From an uncultured bacterium (lineage in GTDB: Bacteria; Verrucomicrobiota; Verrucomicrobiia; Limisphaerales; UBA8199): DNA of 64,000 nucleotides. Where the stretch lies: positions 96,001 through 160,000 of the forward strand of contig CAVVMW010000014.1 in assembly GCA_963749495.1 (NCBI GenBank), in the 5' to 3' direction. The translations under genes and the position numbers were made by a program. Shown here in pieces: positions 10,701-22,685 of the stretch. Each line of letters opens with the position of its first letter. Within the stretch, counting starts at the first letter, position 1. The notes under the pieces are model-generated. The model ran no database searches. It saw only the letters and a list, made by a program, of their open reading frames with translations, and was not told the DNA's origin.

Positions 10701-13700
10701 TCTGGCTTTCGACCAGTCGCAACTTGGCTTTGTGCCCAACGGGGCGGGCGGCACCATCTTCTTCATCAACCCGGACAGCAGCCGCGTGCTGGATGCCGTT
10801 CAATTCGAGGCCCAGGCCGATGGCGTTTCATTGGGGCGCTGGCCCGACGGGGCGGCGGCCTTTTATCCTTTGGCGGCGCGCACGCCGGGGACCAACAACA
10901 GCCCGATTTGGATCGGGGACATCGTCATCAACGAGCTGATGTACGACCCGCTCAGCGGCAACGACGACGACCAATACCTCGAGCTCTACAACAAAGGCGC
11001 CAACACGGTGAGCCTGGCTGATTGGCAGTTCACTGCGGGCGTCAGTTTCACCTTTCCGGCCGGCGTGAGCCTGGCCCCGGACAGCTACCTTGTGGTGGCG
11101 CGGAACCTGACGAATTTGGTCGCCAAGTATTCCAATCTGAACAGCGGCAACACGGTGGGCAATTTCAGCGGCAAGCTCTCCCACCATGGCGAGCGGGTGG
11201 CGCTGGCCATGCCGCAACTCCTGAGCGTGGCCGGCCCGGCGGGCCCGCTCACCAATAGGATCTATGTGGTCCAGGACGAGGTCACCTACGGCGTGGGGGG
11301 CCGGTGGGGTGACTGGGCGCGTGGCGGTGGCAGCAGCCTGGAACTGAGAAATCCCAATTCGAATCACCGCCTGGCCTACAATTGGGCCAACAGTGACGAG
11401 ACCGGCAAATCGGTCTGGACCAATCTTGAATACACCGGCGTTTTGGATAACGGGGCCAACTACAGTGGGGGCATCGATCATGTTCAACTGGGCCTGTTGG
11501 ACGTTGGGGAATGCCTGGTGGACAACATCGAGGTGCATCCCGGCGGCCCCACCGGGACCAATATCATTGCCAACGGCTCGTTCGAAACAGGGTTGACCAA
11601 TTGGACGCTGGAAGGAGATCACATGCGTTCGGGCCTCAAGACGGCCGCGGGGCTGGGGGGCTATCAGAGTTCCCAATCGTTGCACTTGCGTTCCAGCGAT
11701 TCGGTTTGGACGCTGGCCGATTACGCGCAGGGCGCCCTGAGCCAGACCAGCCTTGCGGCGGGCCAGACCGCGACGTTGCGGCTCAAGGCGCGCTGGCTGC
11801 GGGGTTGGCCCGAGGTCCTGATGCGGCTGCGGGGCAACTGGCTGGAGGTGACCGGCAGGATGCCCGTGCCGGCCAGCCTCGGCACGCCGGGCCTGCCCAA
11901 CAGCCGGTATGTGGCCAATCCCGGACCTGCCATCTACGAGGTCACGCACTCCCCGGCCCTGCCGGCGGCCAGCCAGCCGCTGGTGGTCAGCGCCCGGTTC
12001 CATGATGTCAACGGTTTCCAGCCCACGCTGCTCTACCGCCTCGATACCGCCGTCAACGCGAACCCCTCCTACGTCTCGGTGCCGATGGTCAATGACGGCA
12101 CCAGGGGCGATGCCATCGCCGGCGATGGTCTCTACAGCGCCACCATCCCCGCCCAGGCCGCCGGCAGGGTCGTCGCCTTCCTGGTGAGCGCGCGGGACAC
12201 CCTCGGCGCCACGAACTTCTTCCCGGCGGATCTCAAGAATAACGCCGGCGTTCCGCGCGAGTGCGTGGTGGGGTTCGGCGACGCCACGCCAAGCGGCAGC
12301 TTCAAGCACCAGCATGTTTTCCTGACCCAGAACTGGGCCAATCGCTGGGCCCAGGGGCCTTCTGGGGTCTCGCACGAAGTTTACGATGGCACCTGGGTCA
12401 ATGGCGGCGGCCGCATCATCTATGACTGGACCGGCCGCTATGCCGGCAGCCCGTATCACCAATATCAGGGGCTCGCCTGTGACGACCACTGGAGGCATGC
12501 ACTGGATTGTCCCCGAAGACGACCTGCTCTATGGCGTGGCCTCGCTGAACAAACAGCATGTGCCCGGCAACGGACCGCTGGATGACGACACCCTCCAGCG
12601 CGAGCAAACCAGTTACTGGATGGCCCAGCAGATCGGCCTGCCCTTTCAGAACCGCCGCTTCTACATCTACTTCGTCAATGGCAACCGCCACGGGCCGCTC
12701 ATGGAGGACTCGCAAACCCCCGATGGCGACTACCTCAAGGAGTACTTCCCTGGCGACACCGGCGGCGTCCTCTACAAGAACCATTCCTGGTTCGAGGGCG
12801 ACGTGGAGCCCTCGGGCACCTACATGAACTTCAACAACATGTCCTGGTGCGTGCTGGGCCGCTTCACCACGACCATCAATGGCGTGCCCAACCAATACAA
12901 GCCGGCCCGCTATCGCTGGATGTGGTGGATCCGGCAATGGATCGACTCGGCCAACGATTGCACCGAGTTGTTTCACTTGATTGACGCCGCCAACATCCCC
13001 ACCTCCAACCCGGCCTACTATGCGCAAATGGAGGCGGCGGTCGATACCGAGGAATGGCTGCGCCTGTCCGCCATCGAGCACGCCACCGGCGACTGGGACT
13101 CTTTCTTCACCCAGAACCAGTGGAACATGTACAACTACAAGCCCACGCAGGGCAAGTGGACCGCGCTCAAGTGGGATTGGAACATCACCCTGGGCAGCGG
13201 CACCCAGACCTGGCCCTCCGACGGCAGCGACCTCTTCACCTATGGCGGCCCCGACCCGGTCATGGCCACCTTCCACAACTACCCGGCCCACCAACGCGCC
13301 TATTTGCGGGCGTTGCAGGACATCGCCAACCTCGCGATGAACACTGCCAAAGTGAATCCCCTTCTGGACGCCAAGTATGCGGTGTTCGTGGCCAACGGCC
13401 TGACCACAACCGCCTACAATGGCATGACGGTCAAAAACCCGTCGGTGGCGCTCGAAGGCTGGATCGGGACCATGCACAACTCGATTCTGAACGCCTTGGC
13501 CAGTCACGGGGTGAGCAACATCCCCTTTGCCATCACCTCGGTGAGCGTCAACAACAACGTGGCCACCGTCTCGGGCACGGCGCCCCTGGCCGTCAAGAGC
13601 CTCCAGTTCAACGGGACCCAATGGCCGTTGACCTGGCCCAGCGTGACGACCTGGACGGCCACAGTGCCGCTGGGCCCCGGCACCAACATTTTGAGCGTCG

Positions 13701-15728
13701 CCGGGGTTGACCTGCACGGCCAGCCCGTCTCGGGCGCAACCGGCACGGCCGTGGCGGTCTATAAAGGGACGCTGCCACCGGCGGTGGGACGGATTGTCAT
13801 CAACGAGATTATGAACAACCCGAGCGTGCCGGGCGCCCAATACGTGGAGCTCTACAACAACTCGGGCACGGCCGCCTTCGACATATCGGGCTGGCGGTTG
13901 GACGGTCTGGGTTACAGCTTCCCGCCCGGTTCCTTCATTGCGGCAAACGGTTTTGTGGTCTTGGCGGCAGACCGGACGGCCTACGGGACGGCGTATGGGG
14001 TAACGACACCACTATTCGACACGTTTGGCGGTGCGCTGCCGGCCTCGGGCGCGACGCTCACGCTGGTCCAGCCTGGAATGGATCCCGCGAGCGATCAGGA
14101 GATAGCCAAGGTGCGCTATGAGGGCCAGCCGCCCTGGCCGGCCACTCCGCCCGGCAGTTCGCTCCAGCTCATCGATCCGCAGCAGGACAACTGGCGCGCC
14201 GGCAATTGGGGGGTCGGCCAGACCAACGGCAGCGCCCCCCCTCCGCCGTGGCAGTACGTGTCAATCACCGGCACGGCACCCCGGCCGATTCTGCTCATCT
14301 GCCTGCACAACGCAGCGGGAGACTGTTATATTGATGACCTCTGCCTGGTCGCCGGGAGCGTCCCCGGGGCCGGGGTTAACCTGCTCACCAATGGCGATTT
14401 CGAAGGGCCCTTGACCGGACCCTGGACCGTCTCGGCCAACCTGAGCGCCTCGGCCATTGTCAGCGATACCAGCCACTCCGGCGGCCACAGCTTGCACCTG
14501 GTGGGGTCCGGCTACGGCGACACGATTGCGGACGCGATTTGGGAGAACACAGCACCCATCGTGACCAATGGCACCTACACCTTGAGCTATTGGTTCAAGC
14601 CCGGCGCCAGCGGCAGCCAGTTGCTCGTCCGCCTTTCCGGGACCTCGCCCAGCAGCGGCATGGTCTATAGTCTGTCGGACCTCCAAACCACGCCCGCCCC
14701 GGCCTTGACCACCTGTACGCCCGGAGCCGCCAACTCGGTCCTGGCCAGCCTGCCGGCTTTCCCGCCACTCTGGCTCAACGAACTCCAGGCCGATAATCTG
14801 ACCGGCATCACCAACCGCGCCGGCCAGCGCTCCCCCTGGCTCGAACTCTACAACCCCACCACCAACGCCGTTCCCCTGGCCGGGCTTTACCTGGCCAACG
14901 ATTACACGAACCTGACGCAGTGGGCTTTCCCCGCCAACGCCGTTATCGGCCCCGGCGAATTCAAGGTCATCTTCGCCGACGGCCAGACCGATCTCTCCAC
15001 CACCAATGAACTGCACACCAGCTTCACCCTCCAAAGCGGCGCAGGGTCCCTCGCCTTGAGCCGGCTCTACAACAGCCTGCCGCAGGTCCTCGATTACGTG
15101 GATTACACAAACCTCCCGCCCGATTGGGCTTACGGTTCTGTGCCCGACGGCCAGGCCTTCACCCGTGAGCCGCTCTTCCATGCCACCCCAGGCGGCCCCA
15201 ATAACAGCCAGTCCACCAATGCCGGCCCTGCCCTGGCCGACCCAGGGTACTCGTTGGGTCTATCTCGGCCAGACGCTCAGCTTCACCCTCGTGGCCACCG
15301 ACCCCGACGTCCCGCCCGAAACCCTCACCTTCAGCCTCGACCCAGGAGCCCCGGCCCATGCCAGCCTCGACCCCGCCTCCGGCCTCTTCACCTGGACGCC
15401 CGCGCCGAACCAGGTTCCAAGCACAAACCTCGTCACCGCGCGTGTGACCGACAACGGCACGCCCCCCCTGAGCGCCGCCCGGACATTCTCGATCTTCTCA
15501 GTCCCAGTTCCAACGCTGGGCCTGGTCCGCGCCGCCGGCAATCCCATGGCCTTCGCCTGGCCGAGCGTGCCCGGCGCCCTTTACCGGGTGCAATACAAAG
15601 AGGACCTTGCCGCCACTGCCTGGACCAACCTCGGCAATGATCTCACCGGCACCGGCGCCCCGCTCTCCGTCACCCCGGACACCACCGCCGCCCACCAACG
15701 CTTTTACCGCCTGCTCATCGTCCCGTAG
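7615..15728 (+). CDS. Giant secreted protein (~2700 aa): PA14, Ig, repeated lamin-tail domains, CotH-kinase-like region, C-terminal Ig/cadherin-like domain; frameshifts near 12467 and 15240
   Basis: PA14-like PPLTGSYTFWIASAD; repeated VINE(I/L)M..P...ELYN lamin-tail motifs; CotH-like GDWDS..NMY and WDWN; three ORF pieces join by single-base shifts. Confidence 0.8.
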
Positions 15729-15793
15729 CTCCAGGAAGCCGCCGAGTTTTATTTGGGACCATGAACCGGATAGGGGCGGCGAGGCCGCGAAGC

Positions 15794-15881
15794 GTTTTGG
15801 ACTGCGGCAGTCCTCTGCCGCTTTTCCGGACCCCTGGGGAGGGCGAAGCGAAAGCGCCAGAGGACTGGCGCAGTCCAAAAC
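15794..15881. repeat. REP-like inverted repeat (GTTTTGGACTGCG...CGCAGTCCAAAAC) between convergent genes
   Basis: Complementary arms of about 30 bp. Confidence 0.75.
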
Positions 15882-15965
15882 CTTGCGGACTTCGGAGGTT
15901 CATCGAAAGGGGGCCGTCCCTCCCTCTGTACGTGGAAACGCAGGACGTTCCAACCCCGAACGCTC

Positions 15966-16436
15966 TCATCCTCCGGCGCTCTTCCCCGTCATCTCTTCGA
16001 TAGCCAGCCTTAAAACCAGGGCATGCCCAAGACTCTCGGGCCGGTAAGCAGGCGCCAGGTTGCCATACTGAGCCATGACGCGGTCCAAGCCAAATCGGCG
16101 CTGCTCGGGGTCGGTGACAATCTCCAAGCGCCCGCTCCCCATGACGCTCTCATATTTCATCCCCCAATCGCAGGCGCTCCGGCCCGTGACCAATCCGAGC
16201 GGCCGGTCGATGACAAAGGCGCATCGCGGATTCTGCCGGAGGAGGTCAAGCTTCCTGCCCTGCGTTGCGCAATGGAAATAGAGGGCCGGCGGCGCTCCGG
16301 GCGCGTATCCAAAATTGAGGGCCACCGCATAAGGGCGGCCGTCCGGGCTGGTCAGCGCCAAATGACAGACCTGGCACCTCGAGATGATCCCCTCCATCTC
16401 CGCGCGGTCGGTCACTTCACGCTCTTTGCGTCTCAT
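15966..16436 (-). CDS. Pyridoxamine 5'-phosphate oxidase-like flavin-binding protein (NimA-like)
   Basis: MRRKERE, PYAVALNFGY, LYFHCA..GRKLD.L..NPR, YESVMGSG, MTGK. Confidence 0.85.
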   Translation of the reverse strand: MRRKEREVTDRAEMEGIISRCQVCHLALTSPDGRPYAVALNFGYAPGAPPALYFHCATQGRKLDLLRQNPRCAFVIDRPLGLVTGRSACDWGMKYESVMGSGRLEIVTDPEQRRFGLDRVMAQYGNLAPAYRPESLGHALVLRLAIEEMTGKSAGG

Positions 16437-16538
16437 GCGAAGCAGAGCCTAGCACAAGCGTCAAGACCGTTCGGTTTGCTGCAGGCGGTTGGGTAGTGTC
16501 CTCATCAGAGTGGCTGGAGCGCCAACGGCCAACGCTCA

Positions 16539-16730
16539 CCGCGTAGCGGTGCCCGATGGTAGCCGTGGACTTCCAGTCCACGGACCCACGGCCCAAGCTA
16601 GACCGCGTCGCGTAGCGACGCCTGAAAACCGCAAGGCCGTCAGGCGTCGCTACGCGACGCGGGCCCGTTCCCACGCCGCAAACCGTGGACCGAGGTCCAC
16701 GGCTACCTTCACTGCGTCGCTCCGCGACGC
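16539..16730. repeat. REPIN-like palindromic element, family A, copy 1
   Basis: GGTAGCCGTGGACTTCCAGTCCACGG...GCGTCGCGTAGCGACGC...CCGTGGACCGAGGTCCACGGCTACC; similar copies at 31772 and 48585. Confidence 0.85.
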
Positions 16731-16859
16731 GCGCGAGAAAGGGAGCGGCCCACGAATGGCACGAACCACACTAATAGTCTCCATTCGTGTGATTCGTGTC
16801 ATTCGTGGGCCAGTCTCTTTTCCGCGTATTCCGCGTATTCCGCGGTTCCTCAAAAACCC

Positions 16860-19800
16860 TTAGGCGAGGATTTGGGAGTCCCCTGCCCGCTTGATTCGCT
16901 CGAGCATTTCGTCCAGGCGTTTGGGCGAGACGGGAAAGGCGGTCCCCAGTTCCTGGGCGAACAATGAGACTTTGTATTCCTCGATCATCCAGCGGAACTC
17001 GTCGAGCAGGCGGCGCGCGGCCTCGGACTGCGCCGGGGCGGCGCGGAGCTGGCCCAGGGCGTGCAGATAGGGCGCAAGCTGCTGGGCGCGCTGGCGGTCC
17101 TTGAGGGGATTGAGCGCGGCCCGCTCAGCGCGGGTCAGGAGGGCCTTGAGATAACGGGGGAATTGTTCGAGTTGCTCGAAAGGAACCTGCTGGAGAAAGT
17201 CCCGGGGCAACAGGGCCTTCGAGCTCCCCCGCCACGGGATCGGATGGCGGGTGCGGGGCGGGCCCACTGGCGAGGTCGGACGAGTCGGACCGGTCTGACC
17301 GGTCTGACGGGTCGGACGGCCCGGGCTTGCGGCGACGGAGGATTTCCTGGCGCAGCCGCAGAATCGGCTCCAGACGCCCGATGAGCAGCGCGGGCAGGCC
17401 CGGCAGGCGGGCGCGGACCTGCTCGGCGGCCGCGCGGAAGTTGGACTCGGTCAGGACAGATGGCGCGGCAGGCGGCATTATGTATCGTTGGAGGTTTGCG
17501 AACGCGCCGGCCTGGAGGTCCTCGGCGGAACAAAGGTCCCCGAGAAGCGGCTCGAAGCGGGCCAGGGCACGGAGGTCTTTCTGGAGCCAGGCCAAGTCTC
17601 GTTGCAGTGCCAATGCGATGAGGCGCTGGAAGCCCCCGGCGCCAGCCCTGCGCGCCGCCTCCTGGCTGTGGAAGAGGCGCACGTTCACGCGGCCTTCCTC
17701 GACCTGCAAACCGGGCCAGGCGCAGAGGGGCGCACCGCCGGTTTCCTCCACGGTCAACCGTTCGGGCAAGTCGCCGAAGGTCCAGCCGGTCAGCCCGAAC
17801 CGTTCCCAGTGCCGGGCCAGGCGGGTCCAGGCCGCAGGCTCGCCCGCAGGCGGCGCCTTGAGCGTCTCCAACTGCCGGCGCAGCTCCAGCAGGTCGCGCC
17901 CCGCCAGGACGGGCTGGAGACCGGGGATTTGCACGCGTGGACGCAGGTGCGCCGGCAGCGCCTGGGCGGGCCAGGCCGAGACGGGCACCTCAACGCCATA
18001 CCGGCGGTGGATGAACCTCGCCAGATCGTGCAGCAGCGAGTGGGGGCCCGGGCGCAGGTCGCGGGCGATCTCGGCGACTCTCGGCGCAAAGGGCATTAGT
18101 TGGCGCCGCAGCCCCTTGGGCAGGGCGCGAAGCAACTCGCCAACCTGCGCCTCGCGCAGGCCCGGCACGGCCCATTCGACGGCGGCCGGCGAGACGCTCT
18201 GCACCAGGGCCGCGTCCAACTTGAGGGTCACGCCGTCCTGCTCCTCGCCCGGCGAGTAGGCGTAACTGACCGGCACCGGCTGTCCGCCCAGCGGCACCGA
18301 ATCCGGAAAGGCCTGCGCATCGTAGCTCAACTCCAGGCCGCCGATCAGGTCGGCCTCCGTCGCGCACAGGAACTTCGGGTCTTTGCGCCCGCGCAGCAGC
18401 CGGTCCATCTCGTGCCACGAGGAGACGTTCTCGAGTTGTTTGGCATAAAACTCGAACAGCGCCTGGTCCAGGTCCGCCAAATCATGCCGCCGCACGCGGG
18501 TCTGCCAGGTCTCGATCTTCTGGCGGACCTTGCGGTTGTGCTCGAGGAAGGGGTAGCGCGGGACGAGGGACGAGGGGCGAGGGTCGAGGCAGCCCCGCGG
18601 GCTTGCCCCTCGCCCCTCGTCCCTCGCCCCTCGCCCCTCGCCCCTCGCCCCTTGTTCCTCTGCCTCCTCGACCAGCGCCGCGCGGATGAAGATCTCGGTT
18701 GCGGCCTTGGGGTTGATGTTGCCGTAGGCGGCGTTGCGTTTGTGGACCTCCAGGCCATAGAGCGAGATGCGCTCCTCGACCAGGACGCGGCCGGCCTCGG
18801 GACTCCAATGCGGCTTGTGGTGCGTCACCGTGCAGAGGTGCGGCGCCAATTCCACAATCCACATCGGGTCGATCCCCGCCACCGTTCGGGCAAAGACCTG
18901 GGAAGTCTGGACGACCTCGCCCGCGACGATCCATTCCGGCTGGGAGCCGGGAGGGGAATTCGGCTCCGGTTGGCGCGGACGCGAGTGCCTGCCCTTGGCG
19001 GGCCGATTCGGGCCCTTGGCCCGGTCGTAGAGCGCGGAGCCGGGGAAGATGGCGACCTGCCGGTTGCCGGCGGCCTTGTAAAGATTGCGCTCGGTGCGCT
19101 GGGCGACGTGTCCGAGCAGGCCCGCCAGGATGCAACGATGGATGGCGTCGTAGGAGGCATTGGCTTCGTCGAGATAAGGGCGCACGGCGCCGAGTTCCTC
19201 GAGGGCCTCGTGGAGCTGGGCGTGGAGGTCCTGCCACTCGCGCATGCGGGTGTAAGAGAGGAAGTTGGCCTTGCAAAACTTGCGCCGCTGGCTTTGGGTG
19301 CGAAGCGTTTCCCACTGGTCGTGGACGGCATCCCAGAGGTTGAGCAGGGTGAGGAAATCGGAGCGCGGGTCGGCGAAGCGATTGTGCGCGGCGGCGGCGG
19401 CGTCCTTGTGTTCGAGCGGCCGCTCGCGGGGGTCCTGGATGCTGAGGCCGGCGGCGATGATGAGCAAGGGGCGGGTGGCGTGCTCGAGCTCGGATTGGAG
19501 CAGCATCCGGCCCAGGGTCGGATCGATGGGCAAGTGGGCCAGGTCGCGTCCCAGCGGCGTGAGTTGTCTGGCTGTGTCGAGGGCGCCCAATTCCTGCAGC
19601 AAGGCGTAGCCGCCCTGGATGGCGGCGGGGGCGGGTGGATTGATGAACGGGAAGGTCTCGATCTCGCCGAGTTGAAAGGCCTTCATCCGCAGGATGACCT
19701 CGGCCAGGTTCGCCCGCTGGATTTCAGGCTGAGTGTAGGCCGGGCGCGCGGCAAAGTCGGCTTCCGAGTAGAGCCGGACGCAGACGCCGTTCTGGACGCG

Positions 19801-21003
19801 GCCGCTCCTGCCTTTGCGCTGGTCGGCGCTGCTCCGGGAGATGGCTTCGATCGGCAGGCGCCGGGTGCGCGTGCGCGGGTTGTAGCGGCTCACGCGGGCG
19901 AGGCCCGAATCGATGACGTACCGGATGCCGGGAATAGTGAGCGAGGTCTCGGCGATGTTTGTGGCCACCACGACCTTTCGCCTTGCGGCGGGGGCAAAGA
20001 CCCGTTGCTGGTCGCCCGAGCTGAGCCGGCCGAACAGCGGGATGATCTCGGCCTGCTCGCCAAACCGGGTCTTGAGCTGGTCGCTGGTCTCGCGGATGTC
20101 GCGTTCACCCGGCATGAAGATCAGCACGTCGCCCTGGCCCGGTCCGGACAGCGCCTGCCCGGCTGCGCGGACGGCGGCATTGATGTAAGTGAGGTTGCCG
20201 CTGTCCTCGGAATCGGCGTCGAATGGCGCATACACCGTTTCGACCGGGTAAAGCCTGCCGGAGACCTGGATGACCGGCGCGTGGTCGAAGGCCTGGGAGA
20301 ATGCCGCCGTATCGAGGGTGGCCGAGGTGATGATGAGCTTGAGGCCGGGCCGCTTGGCCAGCAGGCCCTTGAGGCAGCCCAGGAGGAAATCGATGTTCAG
20401 GCTCCGCTCGTGCGCCTCGTCGAGGATGATGGCGTTGTATTCACAGAGCAGCGGGTCGCCCTGGGTCTCCGCCAGCAGGATGCCGTCGGTCATCAGCTTG
20501 ATGTAAGTCTCCGGGCTTGACCGGTCGTCGAACCGTATCTTGCAGCCGACCTCCCGGCCCCAGGTCACGTCGAGCTCCTCCGCTATCCGGCGCGAGATGG
20601 ACAGGGCGGCCACCCGCCGCGGCTGGGTGCAGCCGATCTTCGCCTCGATGCCCAGGCCCGCCTCCAGGCACATCTTGGGGAGCTGCGTGGTCTTGCCCGA
20701 GCCGGTCTCGCCGGCCACGACCACCACCGGGTGGGCGCGGATGGCCTCGAGGATTTCGTCCTTCCGGCTCGTGATTGGCAACTGGGCCGGGTAACTGAGG
20801 GCCGGCACGTCCCGCCGCCGCTGCTCGCGCAACTGGACCGACGCCCGCGCCCGGGCCAGCAGCCGCTCCAAGACCGCCTCGTGCGCCTCCGCGTGCAGCC
20901 GGTCCCGCAGCAGCCGCACCAGCCGCGACCCCAGCCGCACCCAGTCCGCGAGCATCGCCTGCGGGAGCAGCCTTCGGATTTCCTCGATGCGAGCGTCGGC
21001 CAT
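16860..21003 (-). CDS. hrpA: ATP-dependent RNA helicase HrpA; frameshift near 17215
   Basis: GETGSGKTTQLPK, TQPRR, DEAHERSLNIDFLLG, SAT, QRKGRSGR; C-terminal RWMIEEYKVSLFAQELGT. Confidence 0.92.
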
Positions 21004-21042
21004 GCGCGTCAGGTAGCGTCACCTCGTGGAATACGAGGGCCT

Positions 21043-21615
21043 TCAGGTGTGCTTGGGCCTGAGCAGACCGGATAATGCTGCCTCCAACTCCGGGGCTACG
21101 CCAAGTTCGCCTGCCCAACGGCGCAGATAGGCCTCGTCCAGCTTTCCGCGTTGCACTTGGACGACGCCGGCTACATCGCCCAGTTGCCTGTCCGAGGGGG
21201 TGATGCGGTTCCAGTGGAGCTTGTGCAGGATGACATCCTCGGCGGTGGCCAGCCAGATCGTCTCTCCGGACCATGAGTCCTGGAGCCGCCGCCTGAACAT
21301 CTCTTCCTCGAAAGGGACCCGCCGCAGCAGCCAGAAATCCACCTTCAAGGCCGAGGGCACGTGGATGACGTTAAACTGGTGCGGTGGCTGGTAAGCGGAG
21401 CGAACCTGGGCCTCATCGATGAAATAGTCGGAGCTGGCGAAAGCGCCCATTATCGCTGTGACTTGGGAAGGAGGCAATTGGATGACAAAATCGAGGTCGT
21501 GAGTCGAGCGCGGGATCCCCCAGGCGTTGCTGGCCATGGACCCGGTGAGCATGTAGGCAACGCCGCTCGCATTCAGGCGCCGCACGCAATCCAAAAGCAG
21601 TTCCTGCTCCGTCAT
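21043..21615 (-). CDS. Nucleotidyltransferase-fold protein (putative TA-type toxin)
   Basis: YMLTGSMAS..WGIPRSTHDLDFV motif, TAEDVILHKL, and SDRQLGDV..V. Confidence 0.7.
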   Translation of the reverse strand: MTEQELLLDCVRRLNASGVAYMLTGSMASNAWGIPRSTHDLDFVIQLPPSQVTAIMGAFASSDYFIDEAQVRSAYQPPHQFNVIHVPSALKVDFWLLRRVPFEEEMFRRRLQDSWSGETIWLATAEDVILHKLHWNRITPSDRQLGDVAGVVQVQRGKLDEAYLRRWAGELGVAPELEAALSGLLRPKHT

Positions 21616-21815
21616 AGGTTGCGAGCCAAAACCAGACGTTGCCGCAGCAGTTCCTCGACCTGGGCCGGCGAGGCCTCGGGGTGCTGCCGGCGAATCCCTA
21701 GCCGGGCCATCTCGCAGGCCAGTTCATGGAGCCGCAGCGCAATCCCCACCCGTTCCTCGCGCGTCATGGCGCGATAGCGGGCGATTTGAGCGTCCAGCGC
21801 GGCTTCCGGTGTCAT
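21612..21815 (-). CDS. Small helical protein coupled to the nucleotidyltransferase (putative antitoxin)
   Basis: 67 aa, ATGA overlap with the downstream NTase gene; YRAMTREERV...GIRRQHPEAS. Confidence 0.65.
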   Translation of the reverse strand: MTPEAALDAQIARYRAMTREERVGIALRLHELACEMARLGIRRQHPEASPAQVEELLRQRLVLARNL

Positions 21816-21926
21816 CGCTCCAGCAACGTAGATGGAACCGACCGCGGGCTCAAGCAGACAAATGCCTTGTGTCTGCTTCCCATTGGCCGGGGCCTAGCGT
21901 ATAATGGCGGCAAAGAAAGCAGAGCT

Positions 21927-22289
21927 ATGACTAAAGTAGCCATACTGCCGGAATCCTCGAGTCAAGACGGCACGGTGTATCGCGCCGTCGCCGGCAAGCG
22001 CCAATCGGTCGCCAAGACCGCTGGCGCCGCTTTGGACGCGCTGACGGCGCAGTTGCCCGCGGACGAGAGTGGCACCCTCGTGATCGTCCAAAGTCATAAG
22101 CCAGACGAATTCTTCACGGGCCAACAGCAGCGTCGCCTTGGGGAGTTGATGGACCGATGGCGAGCCGCGCGAAACGAAAGTCGCCCGCTGCCTCAGGCTG
22201 AACAGCAGGAGTTGGATGCCCTGGTGGAAGCCGAGGCACGGGCCGCCGGCGAACGGGCCGCCGCGATCCTGGCTGACCTGGGCAGATGA
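21927..22289 (+). CDS. Hypothetical protein (120 aa)
   Basis: ATG 21927 downstream of TATAAT at 21900; protein-like composition. Confidence 0.6.
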   Translation: MTKVAILPESSSQDGTVYRAVAGKRQSVAKTAGAALDALTAQLPADESGTLVIVQSHKPDEFFTGQQQRRLGELMDRWRAARNESRPLPQAEQQELDALVEAEARAAGERAAAILADLGR

Positions 22290-22376
22290 ACAGGCCCCTC
22301 CAGTTAACCGCTCGACGCCAGTGGATGCGCCTGGGACTTTTCCCTGGCCTATAAGACGCCTGACCGGGAGCAATCA

Positions 22377-22559
22377 GCGCCCGGGCGAGCAACCGCTCCA
22401 AGACCGCCTCGTGCGCCTCCAGGTGCAACCGGTCCCGCAGCAGCCGCACCAGCCCTGACCCCAGCCGCACCAGTTCCGGGAAGATCGTCCGGGGAATGCG
22501 TTGTTGGAGTCCCTGGATGAGAGCGTCGGCCATGCGGCTCAGGTCGCCTCACTTCTTGG
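22377..22559 (-). pseudogene. Duplicated, truncated 5' end of hrpA
   Basis: MADALIQ...LVRLLRDRLHLEAHEAVLERLLARA matches the hrpA N-terminus at 20847-21029 (offset 1530). Confidence 0.9.
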
Positions 22560-22685
22560 CTGAGTACTCCCCATAAAATTCCGAGATGTAACTCCGGCGA
22601 TGGGGGAATCTGGATCTTATCATCAGCAATCTAAGGCTCCCCGTTGCCCTCTTGGCCGTCGAGTACCTTCGCAAGCAGACAAATG

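Noticed and set aside
7546..20520. Long antisense ORFs (7546-10155, 10828-12498, 18100-20520; also 32233-34569)
   Set aside because: Shadow frames of high-GC genes with no recognisable motifs
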